A stretch of DNA of 63,496 nt, the filler included, from Octopus bimaculoides (lineage: Eukaryota): the NCBI RefSeq assembly GCF_001194135.2. It is 5 parts of 3 records of this genome, joined end to end, with 100 filler letters (N's around TTAATTAATTAA, not from the genome) between each part and the next. Parts side by side here need not be neighbours in the genome. Positions count along the whole stretch, not along the records: positions 1 to 21,765 come from NC_068988.1; positions 21,866 to 28,727 come from NC_068998.1; 3 more parts are not named here. One strand, written 5' to 3'. Of the stretch, positions 12,802 through 23,199 are shown piece after piece. The position numbers were made by a program, and so were the translations under genes. The number at the start of each line of letters is the position of its first letter. Within the stretch, counting starts at the first letter, position 1. A model generated the notes under the pieces. The model saw only the letters and a list, made by a program, of their open reading frames with translations, was not told the origin of the DNA and did not search any database.

Positions 12802-12958
12802 CACTGGGAATGCAAGCTGTTTTTTACTATCTTTAACTATACAATGCTTACCAACTATATATGGGTATTCATTGAAGGAATGTATCTTCATATTTTGATC
12901 TACATCTCTGTATTTGCTGAAAATCCCAAGACGAAATGGTATATCATATCTGGATGGG
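12802..12958 (+). CDS. Class B1 GPCR exon: TM3-ICL2-start of TM4 (HWECKLFFTIFNYTMLTNYIWVFIEGMYLHILIYISVFAENPKTKWYIISGWG)
   Basis: Acceptor ttcctttaag|cac and donor tggg|gtaagt. Motifs C-K-x(8)-Y...NY-x-W-x(3)-EG-x-YL and GWG. Phase 0 to 1. Confidence 0.95.
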
Positions 12959-13042
12959 GTAAGTATAAATATTTCATTTTCATGGTATTAACTATACATT
13001 TCTTTTGATGTGGCACTCACAAAATGCTAAACTCAATGTTTT

Positions 13043-13188
13043 ATACATACATACATACATACATACATACATACATACATACATACATACATGCATGCAT
13101 GCATACATACATACATACATACATACATGCATGCATGCATACATACATACATACATACATACATACATACATACATACATACATACAT
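13043..13188. repeat. (ATAC)n/(ATGC) compound tetranucleotide microsatellite
   Basis: Read directly; lies ~85 nt downstream of the TM3 exon donor. Confidence 0.98.
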
Positions 13189-13520
13189 GCATATGTAAAC
13201 AGTCGAGTTCCAGGCAAATAAATTTGTTAGATTACGTGGTTACAAAGGAAAGTTTAAGGGCGCTGAAGTAAATGAAATCCGATATTGAGTCTCAGATTAA
13301 ATCATGTGAAACTTTCTGTTTCATTCCGCTGAGTTCGATACACCAAAAACCAGTCATATATGTAAAAAATGTAATATACTCGTAGAAAGTAAAATATACC
13401 TGTTAGAAGCCACTATTCATAAGCGTGACAGGCAGACTTATACCAAGGAGGATTTGATCATCGAACGTAAAGAAACAGTTTTCATTCAGATGATATTCCA
13501 ATATTAGACATAGTTATAAT

Positions 13521-13731
13521 GTGGCGAACTGGCAGAAACGCTAGCACGCCGGGCGACATGCTTAGCGGCAGTTTGTCTATTTTTACGTTCTGAGTTCAAA
13601 TTCCGCTGAGGTCGACTTTGCGTTTTATCCTTTCAGGCTCGATAAATTAAGTACCAGTTGTGTACTGGGGTTAATCTAATTGACTGGCCCCCTCCCATAA
13701 ATTTTCGGATCTTGTGCCTAGAGTAGAAAAG
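13521..13731 (+). mobile_element. tRNA-derived SINE, family 1 (other plus copies at ~21508-21720, 36090-36275, 54325-54530, 62348-62560)
   Basis: gtggcgaactggcagaaacgctagcacgccgggcga...ctgagttcaaattccgctgaggtcgactttg...cttgtgcctagagtagaaaag, with A- and B-box-like motifs. Confidence 0.9.
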
Positions 13732-14013
13732 AATATTAGACATAATTGCAATTATAATTATTCTGTACCTATCTAGTACTTCAAAATATCAAATTATAAG
13801 AAAATGTAAAACACTTTACTTAGACACTTAATGATACGACTGACCTATGAGTGTTACTTATAGATAGATGTAAAGGAAAATTATCTACCAGTTTGATTTG
13901 GCTCCGTGCGACTTCAAGAGTCGCACAGAACTGAATCAAACTGTTTTAAATGATAACTATAAATCCTATGTTGGGTGCCCTTTGCTTTCGTTTGCCCACT
14001 CACTCGTAGTAAT

Positions 14014-14063
14014 GGGTCACTGATGAAGATTGATTAAATCTGAAATCAACGTTGATATGACTC
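14014..14063 (+). ncRNA. Minimal type I hammerhead ribozyme with all core nucleotides intact
   Basis: GGGTCA-CTGATGA-AGATT(GATTA)AATCT-GAA-ATCAACGTTGAT-A-TGACTC. Stem I has 6 bp (one G-U), stem II 5 bp, and stem III is a perfect 12-nt palindrome. AUA cleavage triplet (cut after 14057). Confidence 0.8.
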
Positions 14064-14399
14064 CATCTCGCTTGTCAATGGGAGTGAACCTATCTCCCTT
14101 GTCAGCCATTAGAAAAGTGTTCTCACGTGGCTGAGAGTTGTTTTGAGTCTTATTTCTAGCAATGCTGGTGCTTACTAGCATCCTCCGTCACTTTAGTGAC
14201 AACTGTACTTGTTGCTTAACCGTTCTGACTTGCGAATAGCCACCCTAATAATTTATATATACGGATTAGAGAGAGTGAGATTACATGGGAAATAAATGCA
14301 TGAGTATCTAATATCAAAATTTTATTTTGTACTTAAGATATTAGCAGAGATTATATTCAGACGAAACTGCATAATCCCTAAAAGTTCCCTATTTGAAAT

Positions 14400-15720
14400 A
14401 TATAATAACTAGTGCAATATTGCGGTTCTTCATTTACTGCAGCTGCATTATTATATTCATATACAGTTCAAAATGTAAGTTTTTATCATTCAGGCGTTTC
14501 TTTACCGAGTCCACAAATCATTACATGCAATGCCTTTATTTCTGTAGTCGGTACTCGTTCAGCACCGCTTCCTTTCATATATTCCTACAATCAATGAATA
14601 CCCCTACCTAACAAGCTCACCAATAAACTGTGCTTTTATTCTAAGTCAACCCCAGTATTAGCAACGATTTATAAATTTTAACTGAGGATTTTCATGCCGT
14701 CGATATTCTACGTAAATCCCTGTTGGGGTGGAGTTGACAGAAAGTGAATTTTCCAGAAAGCTACAAATCTGATGTACAAAATTTATTGACTTTTTAAAAA
14801 ATATTGTGACTGCAAAATCCCGTATAGCACAGTCATTTTCTGCAGTGTTACACAGATAAACATGCAAGATAACTATAAATAATAAAGGATGCATTGCAGA
14901 GCCTGCAATTGTTGTCGGCTTAGAAGTTATAGTTGATATTTTTGTTCTTTTATCAAAAGGAATAATACCAACTTCGTAATGTTTTCTTTCCTCCCATCCT
15001 CAACAAAATTACGCCTGTAACAATTCACATGGAAGCAAATGTACGTTTGTTTGTAGTAGTTGCTAAATGGGAAATCTTGTGCAGTGATTTCAGCCCACTA
15101 ATTGACAGGTCCAGAAATTGTCTCTTCAATTCCGTTCCCAGTCGGCTTAGAGCTGGTCCCTACCTTCATTAATCTCGACGTTTTCTGCCTATGAGTATCA
15201 ACCTTTACGTATGACAACATAGAGTAATGTATATCAATCCCAGTAAGTGCAATCTCTCTAAATTAGTCAACCATCACCCAATTTTCGCTATGGAATTTAA
15301 TGACTCTCGATTTCATTCCATTCTTAGTGATCACCAGTACAATTTCGTCCTGTATTTGACGTGATTGGTCTCATCCTCTATTATAAAGAACCAAAGATAT
15401 CTCCTCAATATCAGCAAAGAGTTTGACATTTTATAACACAGGAACGCGTAAATGATGTTGTTGACATTTGAGTTCAATTTTTAAAAATATCTTTGAGAGA
15501 GTATTTCTGTCAGTCTTATGCAATGCGTAGATTGTTGACAGTGCTCCTTCCAACCAACATTTTAAGAACAAGTCCTTCTTCATTGAACGATTTTCAGAAA
15601 CCCTCCCGGCTCTCTAGAATTCCTTCCTTGTTTGTGTCTTCTCTCAGTTGTCTCATATTATTGAAGCAATCAGAGAATTAAACAACCTAAGAAATGTATT
15701 GAACTCGTAAAGTCGCGATA
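14400..15720 (-). pseudogene. Heavily decayed LINE reverse transcriptase (I/Jockey-like)
   Basis: Minus-strand remnants VGRSTVNNLRI (cf. GRSTxDN), LFADIEEISLVLYNRG (cf. FxDxxKAFDxVWHxG) and KIYKSLL occur in the expected order, with many stops and frameshifts. Confidence 0.45.
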
Positions 15721-18331
15721 ATTATTAATGGTCATCGCCAGCTATAGTCAATACGGGAAGAGAAGAAGTCGATAAGTGTAAGGTTATTGTAATGCAAGAA
15801 ATAATCTGAAGTTTAGAGTGGAATCCATTAATAGTGCACTCACGACAGTGTAATAGGCCATATTTAAATGCTTTTGAATTACAATGCAGTCGTATTACTT
15901 ACCTGACAGAAAGAGAGAGCAACTAATCAAAAATCTCTTAGCTAGCATTGTATAGTAGAATATCTTCATTTCTTTGATATTCGATATACACCTTTATTAA
16001 CTTCTCTCGTTATGTTGAAAAGAACACGGAAAATGAAAATTATGGAAGAAAGGATTGCTTGCTATTTAAAATCGGAGGCAGATAATCTGTTAAATGACAA
16101 TAAACTATATTCGTTAAAAATTTCATCTTTAGCCAGCCGCTGAAAGCATTAACTAGCGATATCACTGAATAACATTCATTGCTAGAAATAAATAGTATTT
16201 ATTCTTAGTACGTCTCGGCAGATTCGGACGCAAAATATGCTAGTCGCTGTTGTGTACGTCATAGAATAATCCTCACTTTTATGATGACACATTCGGTTTC
16301 ATTGGCGTAAAAGTGTCTGAGATGCCGGTGTTTCGATATACTGTGTCTTGTCACCCAGAAATGCCCGGCCCTTTTGAGCCCAAACAATTTAGTGGTTTTG
16401 TTAATACATTCAGCGAACAAACTGTTTACCAAACGGTGCGTATATCTGTCAACCAGTGCCCCAGAATTCCTTGCGCCAATGAGTTGAGTGTGTTATAAAC
16501 ACGTTTTTGTCGTAAAACGGTGAAGCTGTTCTCCTATGGTGTATACAACAGCGACTAAGATATTTTCTGCGTTCGAATCTGCCGGAATGGATTAAGAATA
16601 AATATGTAAATCGTCGTTTCAGATCTCGCTGTAAACGACTCAAATAACGACTTTTTATAGAGATACTATAGTATTTAGATCACTTATCATTATAAATATG
16701 CAATTTCATGATTTCTAATTACAACTGCACTTATATGCAGCTAAACTCCAGTCTGGAAATATATCAAACTTGGATATATTTCATATCACGAAGTACTGAA
16801 GATAAGGAAAAGACTTTTTTTTTTTAACATTATTAAAACATTTATTTAGAACATCAAGAAATTCGTCCTAAATAATTAGGCCAAGGCAACAATCAAAAGA
16901 GAGATGTTGACAAACATTAGATATTGACCTTGATATCAAGGAAGTATGTCATGAAGATACTTATAAACACTTAAAGTGGGAAAATAATTTGTACATATAA
17001 TTTGTACAAGAAAGAAGTTTTCTAAAGAATTAAATCATAATTATATAGAAGGTACAGGTCTTTAATAAAATTAAAGTAGCTATTGCCTTCCGAATAAATC
17101 ATCACTTAAAGAACATGTGCTATTTAGGACAAATGAAACATAACACTCTTTTCCGTTTTCAATGAGGTTGATATATAAGTGGAGAGAGAAAGCGGAAGAA
17201 TATTCGTGGAAAAATCTAAGAAAAATAGAACGGCAATCCCCAAAATATTGGTTATAAATTTTTGCACAAAACCAGCAGTTTCAGGGAGGGGTAAGTTGAT
17301 TATGTCGATCCCAGTGCCCAGCTGGTACTTATATAATCGACCCCGAAAAGATGAAAAGTGGAATTCAACTCAGAACATAACGGTGGACGAAATAACGCCA
17401 AGTATTTCGCCCGGCGTGGTAACGATTCTACCAGTTCACCGCCTTCAGTTCCCAAAATATGAAAAGATAATTTCTTGGTAAATAAATAATAATATGTCAA
17501 TTGGTTTGTATTATTCATTTAGCCAATTTTCTGAACTGCATTCAAAATTAAGTTGAGGAAAACATGATTGCTTGATAATCTCATGGTCTATCCAACCTTG
17601 TTACTGTGTGATTCAATATTTTAAAGAAGCTGCATGAAATTATATTGCGCTAAATTCTCGGTGAGTCAGTATGAATTACTTGAAATAAAATCTATGTGCA
17701 AACAATTAAATTCCTGTCCGCAGTTCTTTACTTTCCATTTCACTCTTATTTTCTATCTATAGAAACAATGTATATTGTTACATGTCTGCATGTCTACTTA
17801 AACATCTGACATTTCCTGTAAAAATCAAATGCTGCCACATTCAGTTCCATACAAATGTATCCGTTTTTTCTTTCACAGAGTAAACAACTTTTTGTGATTG
17901 TAAGATTATAAAAGATATACATTAGAATCAAGCAAATCGAGAGCTGAAACTAGCTTCAGTTTCATTTATCTGTCAAACTATTTTCAGAGGTTTCTCGTAA
18001 AATGCAGATAATTTTTAGTTTTGGTCATTTGTTTTGTTTATTTACTTATATGCTTTTGTTTTTGTGGGGATAATTTTTTTGTATGCAGAAAATAGATAGA
18101 GCTAATTGCATCCTAAATAAAACAAAAACAACTTTTAACCATATTTTGATGTTTGGCAAAGTCAAAGTTTCTGTGAAATAATTTCTGTCTAAATTCTCAT
18201 GACATCATTATAGAATATTTCTCGTTTTCCAATGAATTTGGGATGGAAATATATTTATGTTTATAAAACATGTTTGCAAGAAACAAATAGATATACATGC
18301 ATTCCAAGACGAACATGTGTGTGTGTGTGTG

Positions 18332-18442
<111 letters not shown>

Positions 18443-18711
18443 GTATAGAGATCATGTGGAAAGGATGGAGAGGAAGAAAAAAGAGGAAGGAGATGAACAA
18501 GAAGAGCAAGAAGAAGGAGGAGGAGCTAATGATATTAATAAATGAGGAAAGGACAATATATAGCAAATCAATTTATCTGGACTAAAGGTTCACAGGATGG
18601 TCAGTCAGTACAACATTGTCACTGGTACAAAATTTCGTTTGATGGGTGAAAAATTAATTCAGTTTGCCACAAGCGACAACTTTAAGCAAAGAAGTCAGAT
18701 TAAATTGATAA

Positions 18712-18832
18712 CTTCTTCTTCTTCTTTTTCTTCTTCTTCTTCTTCTTCTTCTTCTTCTTCTTCTTCTTCTTCTTCTTCTTCTTCTTCTTCTTTTTCTTCT
18801 TCTTCTTTTTCTTCCTCTTCTTCTTCTTCTTC
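18712..18832. repeat. (TTC)n trinucleotide microsatellite
   Basis: Read directly from the sequence. Confidence 0.98.
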
Positions 18833-19126
18833 TTTCACACATGATCTCTATACTAATTATTCATATCCTAACCACACTTTTATATACTTCCGTTTCCTCC
18901 CTATATAAGCAACAAAACAATGTCTGAAAGACGCAAAATGAGGGCGCACTTTTGATGCAAGTCTGAGGAAGTGCCACTCTAATGTTTAAAACCGCAAATA
19001 TTACGTAAATTTCCACTTCGATTTTTGTGTAAACTGGCGTTGCGTGCAGAGTGGTACAGAAACAAATGTAACGAATCAGTAATGATGTGTTAAAGGACTT
19101 CTTCGACTTCTATTTATATGGCTTAT

Positions 19127-19155
19127 ATGTGTGTATATAGATATATATATATACA

Positions 19156-19191
<36 letters not shown>

Positions 19192-19209
19192 TGTATGTAT
19201 ATATATATG

Positions 19210-19301
<92 letters not shown>
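19127..19301. repeat. (AT)n/(ATGT)n compound microsatellite
   Basis: Read directly from the sequence. Confidence 0.98.
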
Positions 19302-19306
<5 letters not shown>

Positions 19307-19964
19307 CATGGGATATTGATTTATATGGTGAATTAAATTGCATTGCATACGTTATAAGCTATATGTTATATGTGGTGCAATATGTAATTACTATCCCATG
19401 AAAACTCCTGCCTAGTTAGTCTGACTTCATCATGTTTTTGGTGATTAAGCTAGTTGTTCTTTTTATGATGTTCTACCCTATCGTGTATATTTGTAATGGC
19501 TTTTATGTAAGTAAGTCTCCTAATTATATACCCAGTAGAAACTCTAAAATCATTTATATAATAGCACCTGTAACATTGCACCTTCTAAAATCTCTTCGGT
19601 CGGAATACTTCCAACTGCCCGCACTACTCCCATACCTACTACCTCTTCTTTTAGGGCAACCGTTATCTCTTTCCTACCTCAAATTTTAATACCCTGTCTA
19701 TTTTAATGTATATATTTCTTATCATTTTCTATAAATTTTTATTATTTTGTTTTCTTACTTTGATATCCTTACCTATTAACCTCTTAGCCATTAAAATTGC
19801 TACTGTTCTTAAATAGAGATTTTTCAGCTACTAGGTATATGCGAGATGGTTACACTATATCCATATAAGCGTATAAATATTTGTATATGTGTATATATTC
19901 ATATATGTGCATAAATTATTAACCTCTTATCCCTTATAAATTGTTATCTTTCTTGTTCGTAAAT

Positions 19965-20820
19965 AGATATTAGCCAAAAAGTTCGTTCGGGTTTTAAGCG
20001 AAAATAAGTTTTAATGCAAAGCGATTTATTCAATCAATGATACATTATTCCCTGCTCAAAGAATTTCCTTTCAGTAAATTGCGTAAAACATTTCCTGGTG
20101 AATTTTTACTTCCTCTTCAGAGTTGAAGGGCTGTCCATTCAATTAATTTTGAAAACACGGAAACAGGTAGAAATTTGAAGCCACGAGGTTAGACGAATAT
20201 GGAGGGTGCAATAAAACTACCCAGCAAATCCCAGTAACTTCTGCCGCGTCTGCGAAGAAGTGTGCGGTCTGGCATTATCGTGATAAGATATAATGCTCTT
20301 ACGATTAGCAAATGCTGGAGTCCTTCTGGTGGGTCGCTGCGTTTAATTTGTCCGGTTGCTCGCAGTACACATCCGATCTGATGCTCCTAACCATGTGGAG
20401 AAGCTCACAACACCCTACCAATCACACCAAATTGAAAGCATAACCTTCTTTTGGTCACTTCGTATTTGGAGTTTGTTTGTGGTGGTTCACCGTGCTTGCT
20501 TTCCCCATGATCGTCTGCACTTCACATTGTTGGGATCATTTTCTTCACATCTCTGCTAAGCATCCCAGATAGGGATCTCTTGGGCGAGGTTAGCATCATT
20601 CGATTTATGTGAGACACAAACATCAAACTTGCTGACGTAATTACGTTGATGTAGATGATCTTCACTACTCGATTTGGATATTTGGTGAATATGTGCGATC
20701 ATCCTGCTCGCATAACGGTAATTGGTGTCCCTGTTAATCTGTTGGTTGGTCAGAGCAAGGTGCATCTTGAATCGAAACATTTCCTGATTGAAAAACAACC
20801 TCTAGCACACATGTTCATAA
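19965..20820 (-). mobile_element. mariner (DD34D) transposase remnant
   Basis: Minus translation fragments FQSGNVSIQDAPCSDQPT, HLHQRNYVSKFDVCVSH, KKVMLSIWCDW, HDNARPHTSSQTRQKL and VLLHPPYSSNLVASNFYLF (cf. HPPYSPDLAPSDY). Frameshifted. Confidence 0.9.
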
Positions 20821-21208
20821 GAATATCCTCTCTATATACAGCATATATATATATACCCTTGCAGGTTTCCATCGTTTTCTTGCTATTTTTTTTTAAACCA
20901 TGAGGTATCGATAGTTTTTTGGTCCCCTATTTTCACGGTGATCCCAAGAACACAGAATACAACCTGTCTCGTCACACGTTCGCGTCAAACTACGATGAAG
21001 TTTCAAGTATCTAACGAATGCGCATGCTCAAGTGACAGCTTAAGTTAGCTACTTAGTGTTTTTGAAGCTTAATGTTGGCAAAAACCGAACGGACATTTTG
21101 ACCAACCCAATATTAAATTACTTTATACATATTTGTCAACGCATCTGTATAATTACTGAATTCATTTAGTAATTATACACACAGCAGCACCCGACATATG
21201 TGAGTGTC

Positions 21209-21266
<58 letters not shown>

Positions 21267-21765
21267 GGAAATCAGAGATGACAGGCAAACATGCGAATAT
21301 GTTCCATATGGGAGACTATCCACTTATCACAGATAATCTAACTGAATGTTTTCTAATATACACACAAGATCTTGAGTTTACTTAAATATCTACTTGTCCA
21401 TGGAACGCTTCTGTTAATGTATGTTACGAAGATTTGTATTGTTGTGCAGATTGGGGCAAACCATTTTACATCTGTCCGATGTAGTTTTACGATAATCATT
21501 CAAAAACAGGCGGCGAGCTGGCAGAATCGTTAGCGCGCTGGACGAAATGCTTAGCGGTATTTCGCCCGTCGCTACGTTCTGAGTTCAAATTCTGCCGAGG
21601 TCGAGTTTGCCTTTCATCTTTTCGGGGTCGTTAAAATAAGTACCAGTTGAAAATTGAAGTCGATGTAATCGACTCATCCCCACCTTCCCCAAGCTTCTCT
21701 TGTTGCAAAAAATTTGAAATAATTATTCATCTCGCACCTTCTGTTCTGTATATTTGTGTCAGCAT

Positions 21766-21865
21766 NNNNNNNNNNNNNNNNNNNNNNNNNNNNNNNNNNN
21801 NNNNNNNNNTTAATTAATTAANNNNNNNNNNNNNNNNNNNNNNNNNNNNNNNNNNNNNNNNNNNN
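21766..21865. other. 100-bp scaffold gap with artificial TTAATTAATTAA linker (also at 28772-28783, 57438-57449, 60442-60453)
   Basis: The same 12-mer, which gives stops in all six frames, is centred in four N-runs. Confidence 0.95.
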
Positions 21866-23075
21866 AAAAAAACTATTGTTTAAATCTTGTCTTCTCTTAT
21901 ACACAGAGATATGGTGGGTGCAACGCAGAACCATCGGAGAGGACTTGGTTTTGGCGCAAATCAGTTCAGACTATTTGCAGATATGATGCGGAGCGAATGC
22001 AGATCTGCTGTTAGCAACAGCGTCAAAACAAGAGAAGCAGAGAGAAGAGAGCTTCATTTGATCCGATGTAGTCAACAAGGACAGATAAAGAGATGGGAAG
22101 AACATGTTGTTGAGAGGAAAATACGTTGGGATGAAATATGGAAGTGGACGACATCTCAGCTAAGTTTTCTGATGTTTTGCCATCACCTAGGAATCTCGTA
22201 AGATGGAACGTCTCAAAGAATGACATATGCAAATGCGGAAAGGTCAGAACACTGAAACATTCTTTCCAACTGTTCCTTAGCATTGAATAGATATACATGG
22301 AGACACAACCTGATCCTGAAGGTTATTTTCAATGCTATGAAGAACCAAATTCATCTCAACAACACTGAGAAAAAACCCTTGAAAGAACCATCTAAAGATT
22401 TTAGTACCTTCGTGCGCTCAGGTCAGCGGATCCGTTTCAAGAAAAAGAAACTTCCTGTGAGAAATGAAAAGTGGAACAACTATTGGGAAGTGACTGCAGA
22501 TTTGCCTGGGTGCTAGGCATTCTTTCCCATCCCAGTTACGGGAAAACCTGACATTTTAATGTGGTGTGAAAGAAGGAAAGTTGTAAATCGAGTCGAGTTA
22601 ACGGTTCCTCATGAAGATAATATGGACGGCGTGCGGGATCGAAAGATGGACCGTTATGTAAACCTCCTCGAGAAATGTGAAGACGCAGGCTGGAAAGCGG
22701 AGCATTTTCCAATTGAAGTTGGATGTAGAGGATTTGTAGTACACAGTGTGAGACGACTGCTGTTATCGTTAGGCCTAACTCATTGTAAGGTAAATACCAC
22801 CATGAGCGATATCCAAAATACAGTGGAGAAGGCTAGCCACTGGATTTGGGTAAAAAGAGACGATGAGCGATGGCTAGAGAAATATTGAGCTTTGTTTTAA
22901 TAATCAGTTGATCTAGCAAGCGGGGCCTCATATCAGTGAGGGGGGGTGCCAGTGCGCATTGATGCCGTCAGAGGTAGGCCCCGAAACGGCACGCATTCTC
23001 TCCTGATGACCCCATACACTTGCTGGCTTCCGGTATGCAGAGTTCTTGACTGGTAGCACTTGCATGTGTGAGTTG
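21866..23075 (+). mobile_element. HERO-type (R2-group, RLE-endonuclease) non-LTR retrotransposon 3' fragment
   Basis: SQQGQIKRWE...RKIRWDEIWK, C-x2-C zinc knuckle remnant, RYTWRHN, and ELTVPHEDN...FPIEVGCRGFV ending at stop 22888, followed by a GC-rich 3' UTR. The 5' end is lost at the gap. Confidence 0.88.
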
Positions 23076-23199
23076 TTTGCAAGACATACAATTAACTAAT
23101 TATAATCTTCTATATTTATTGTTTATTGGAGGGATAATTCTGTAAAAGATATGAATAGAAACCGACTAAAAATTTTCCTTGTTTACTTAATTATTTATA

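Noticed and set aside
16260-16700. GC-richer block with short ORFs, possibly a transposase remnant
   Set aside because: No diagnostic catalytic motifs recovered in any frame.
21810-21821. TTAATTAATTAA islands inside N runs (also 28772, 57438, 60442)
   Set aside because: Identical 12-mers centred in 100-bp gaps are an artificial scaffolding linker with six-frame stops, not biology.
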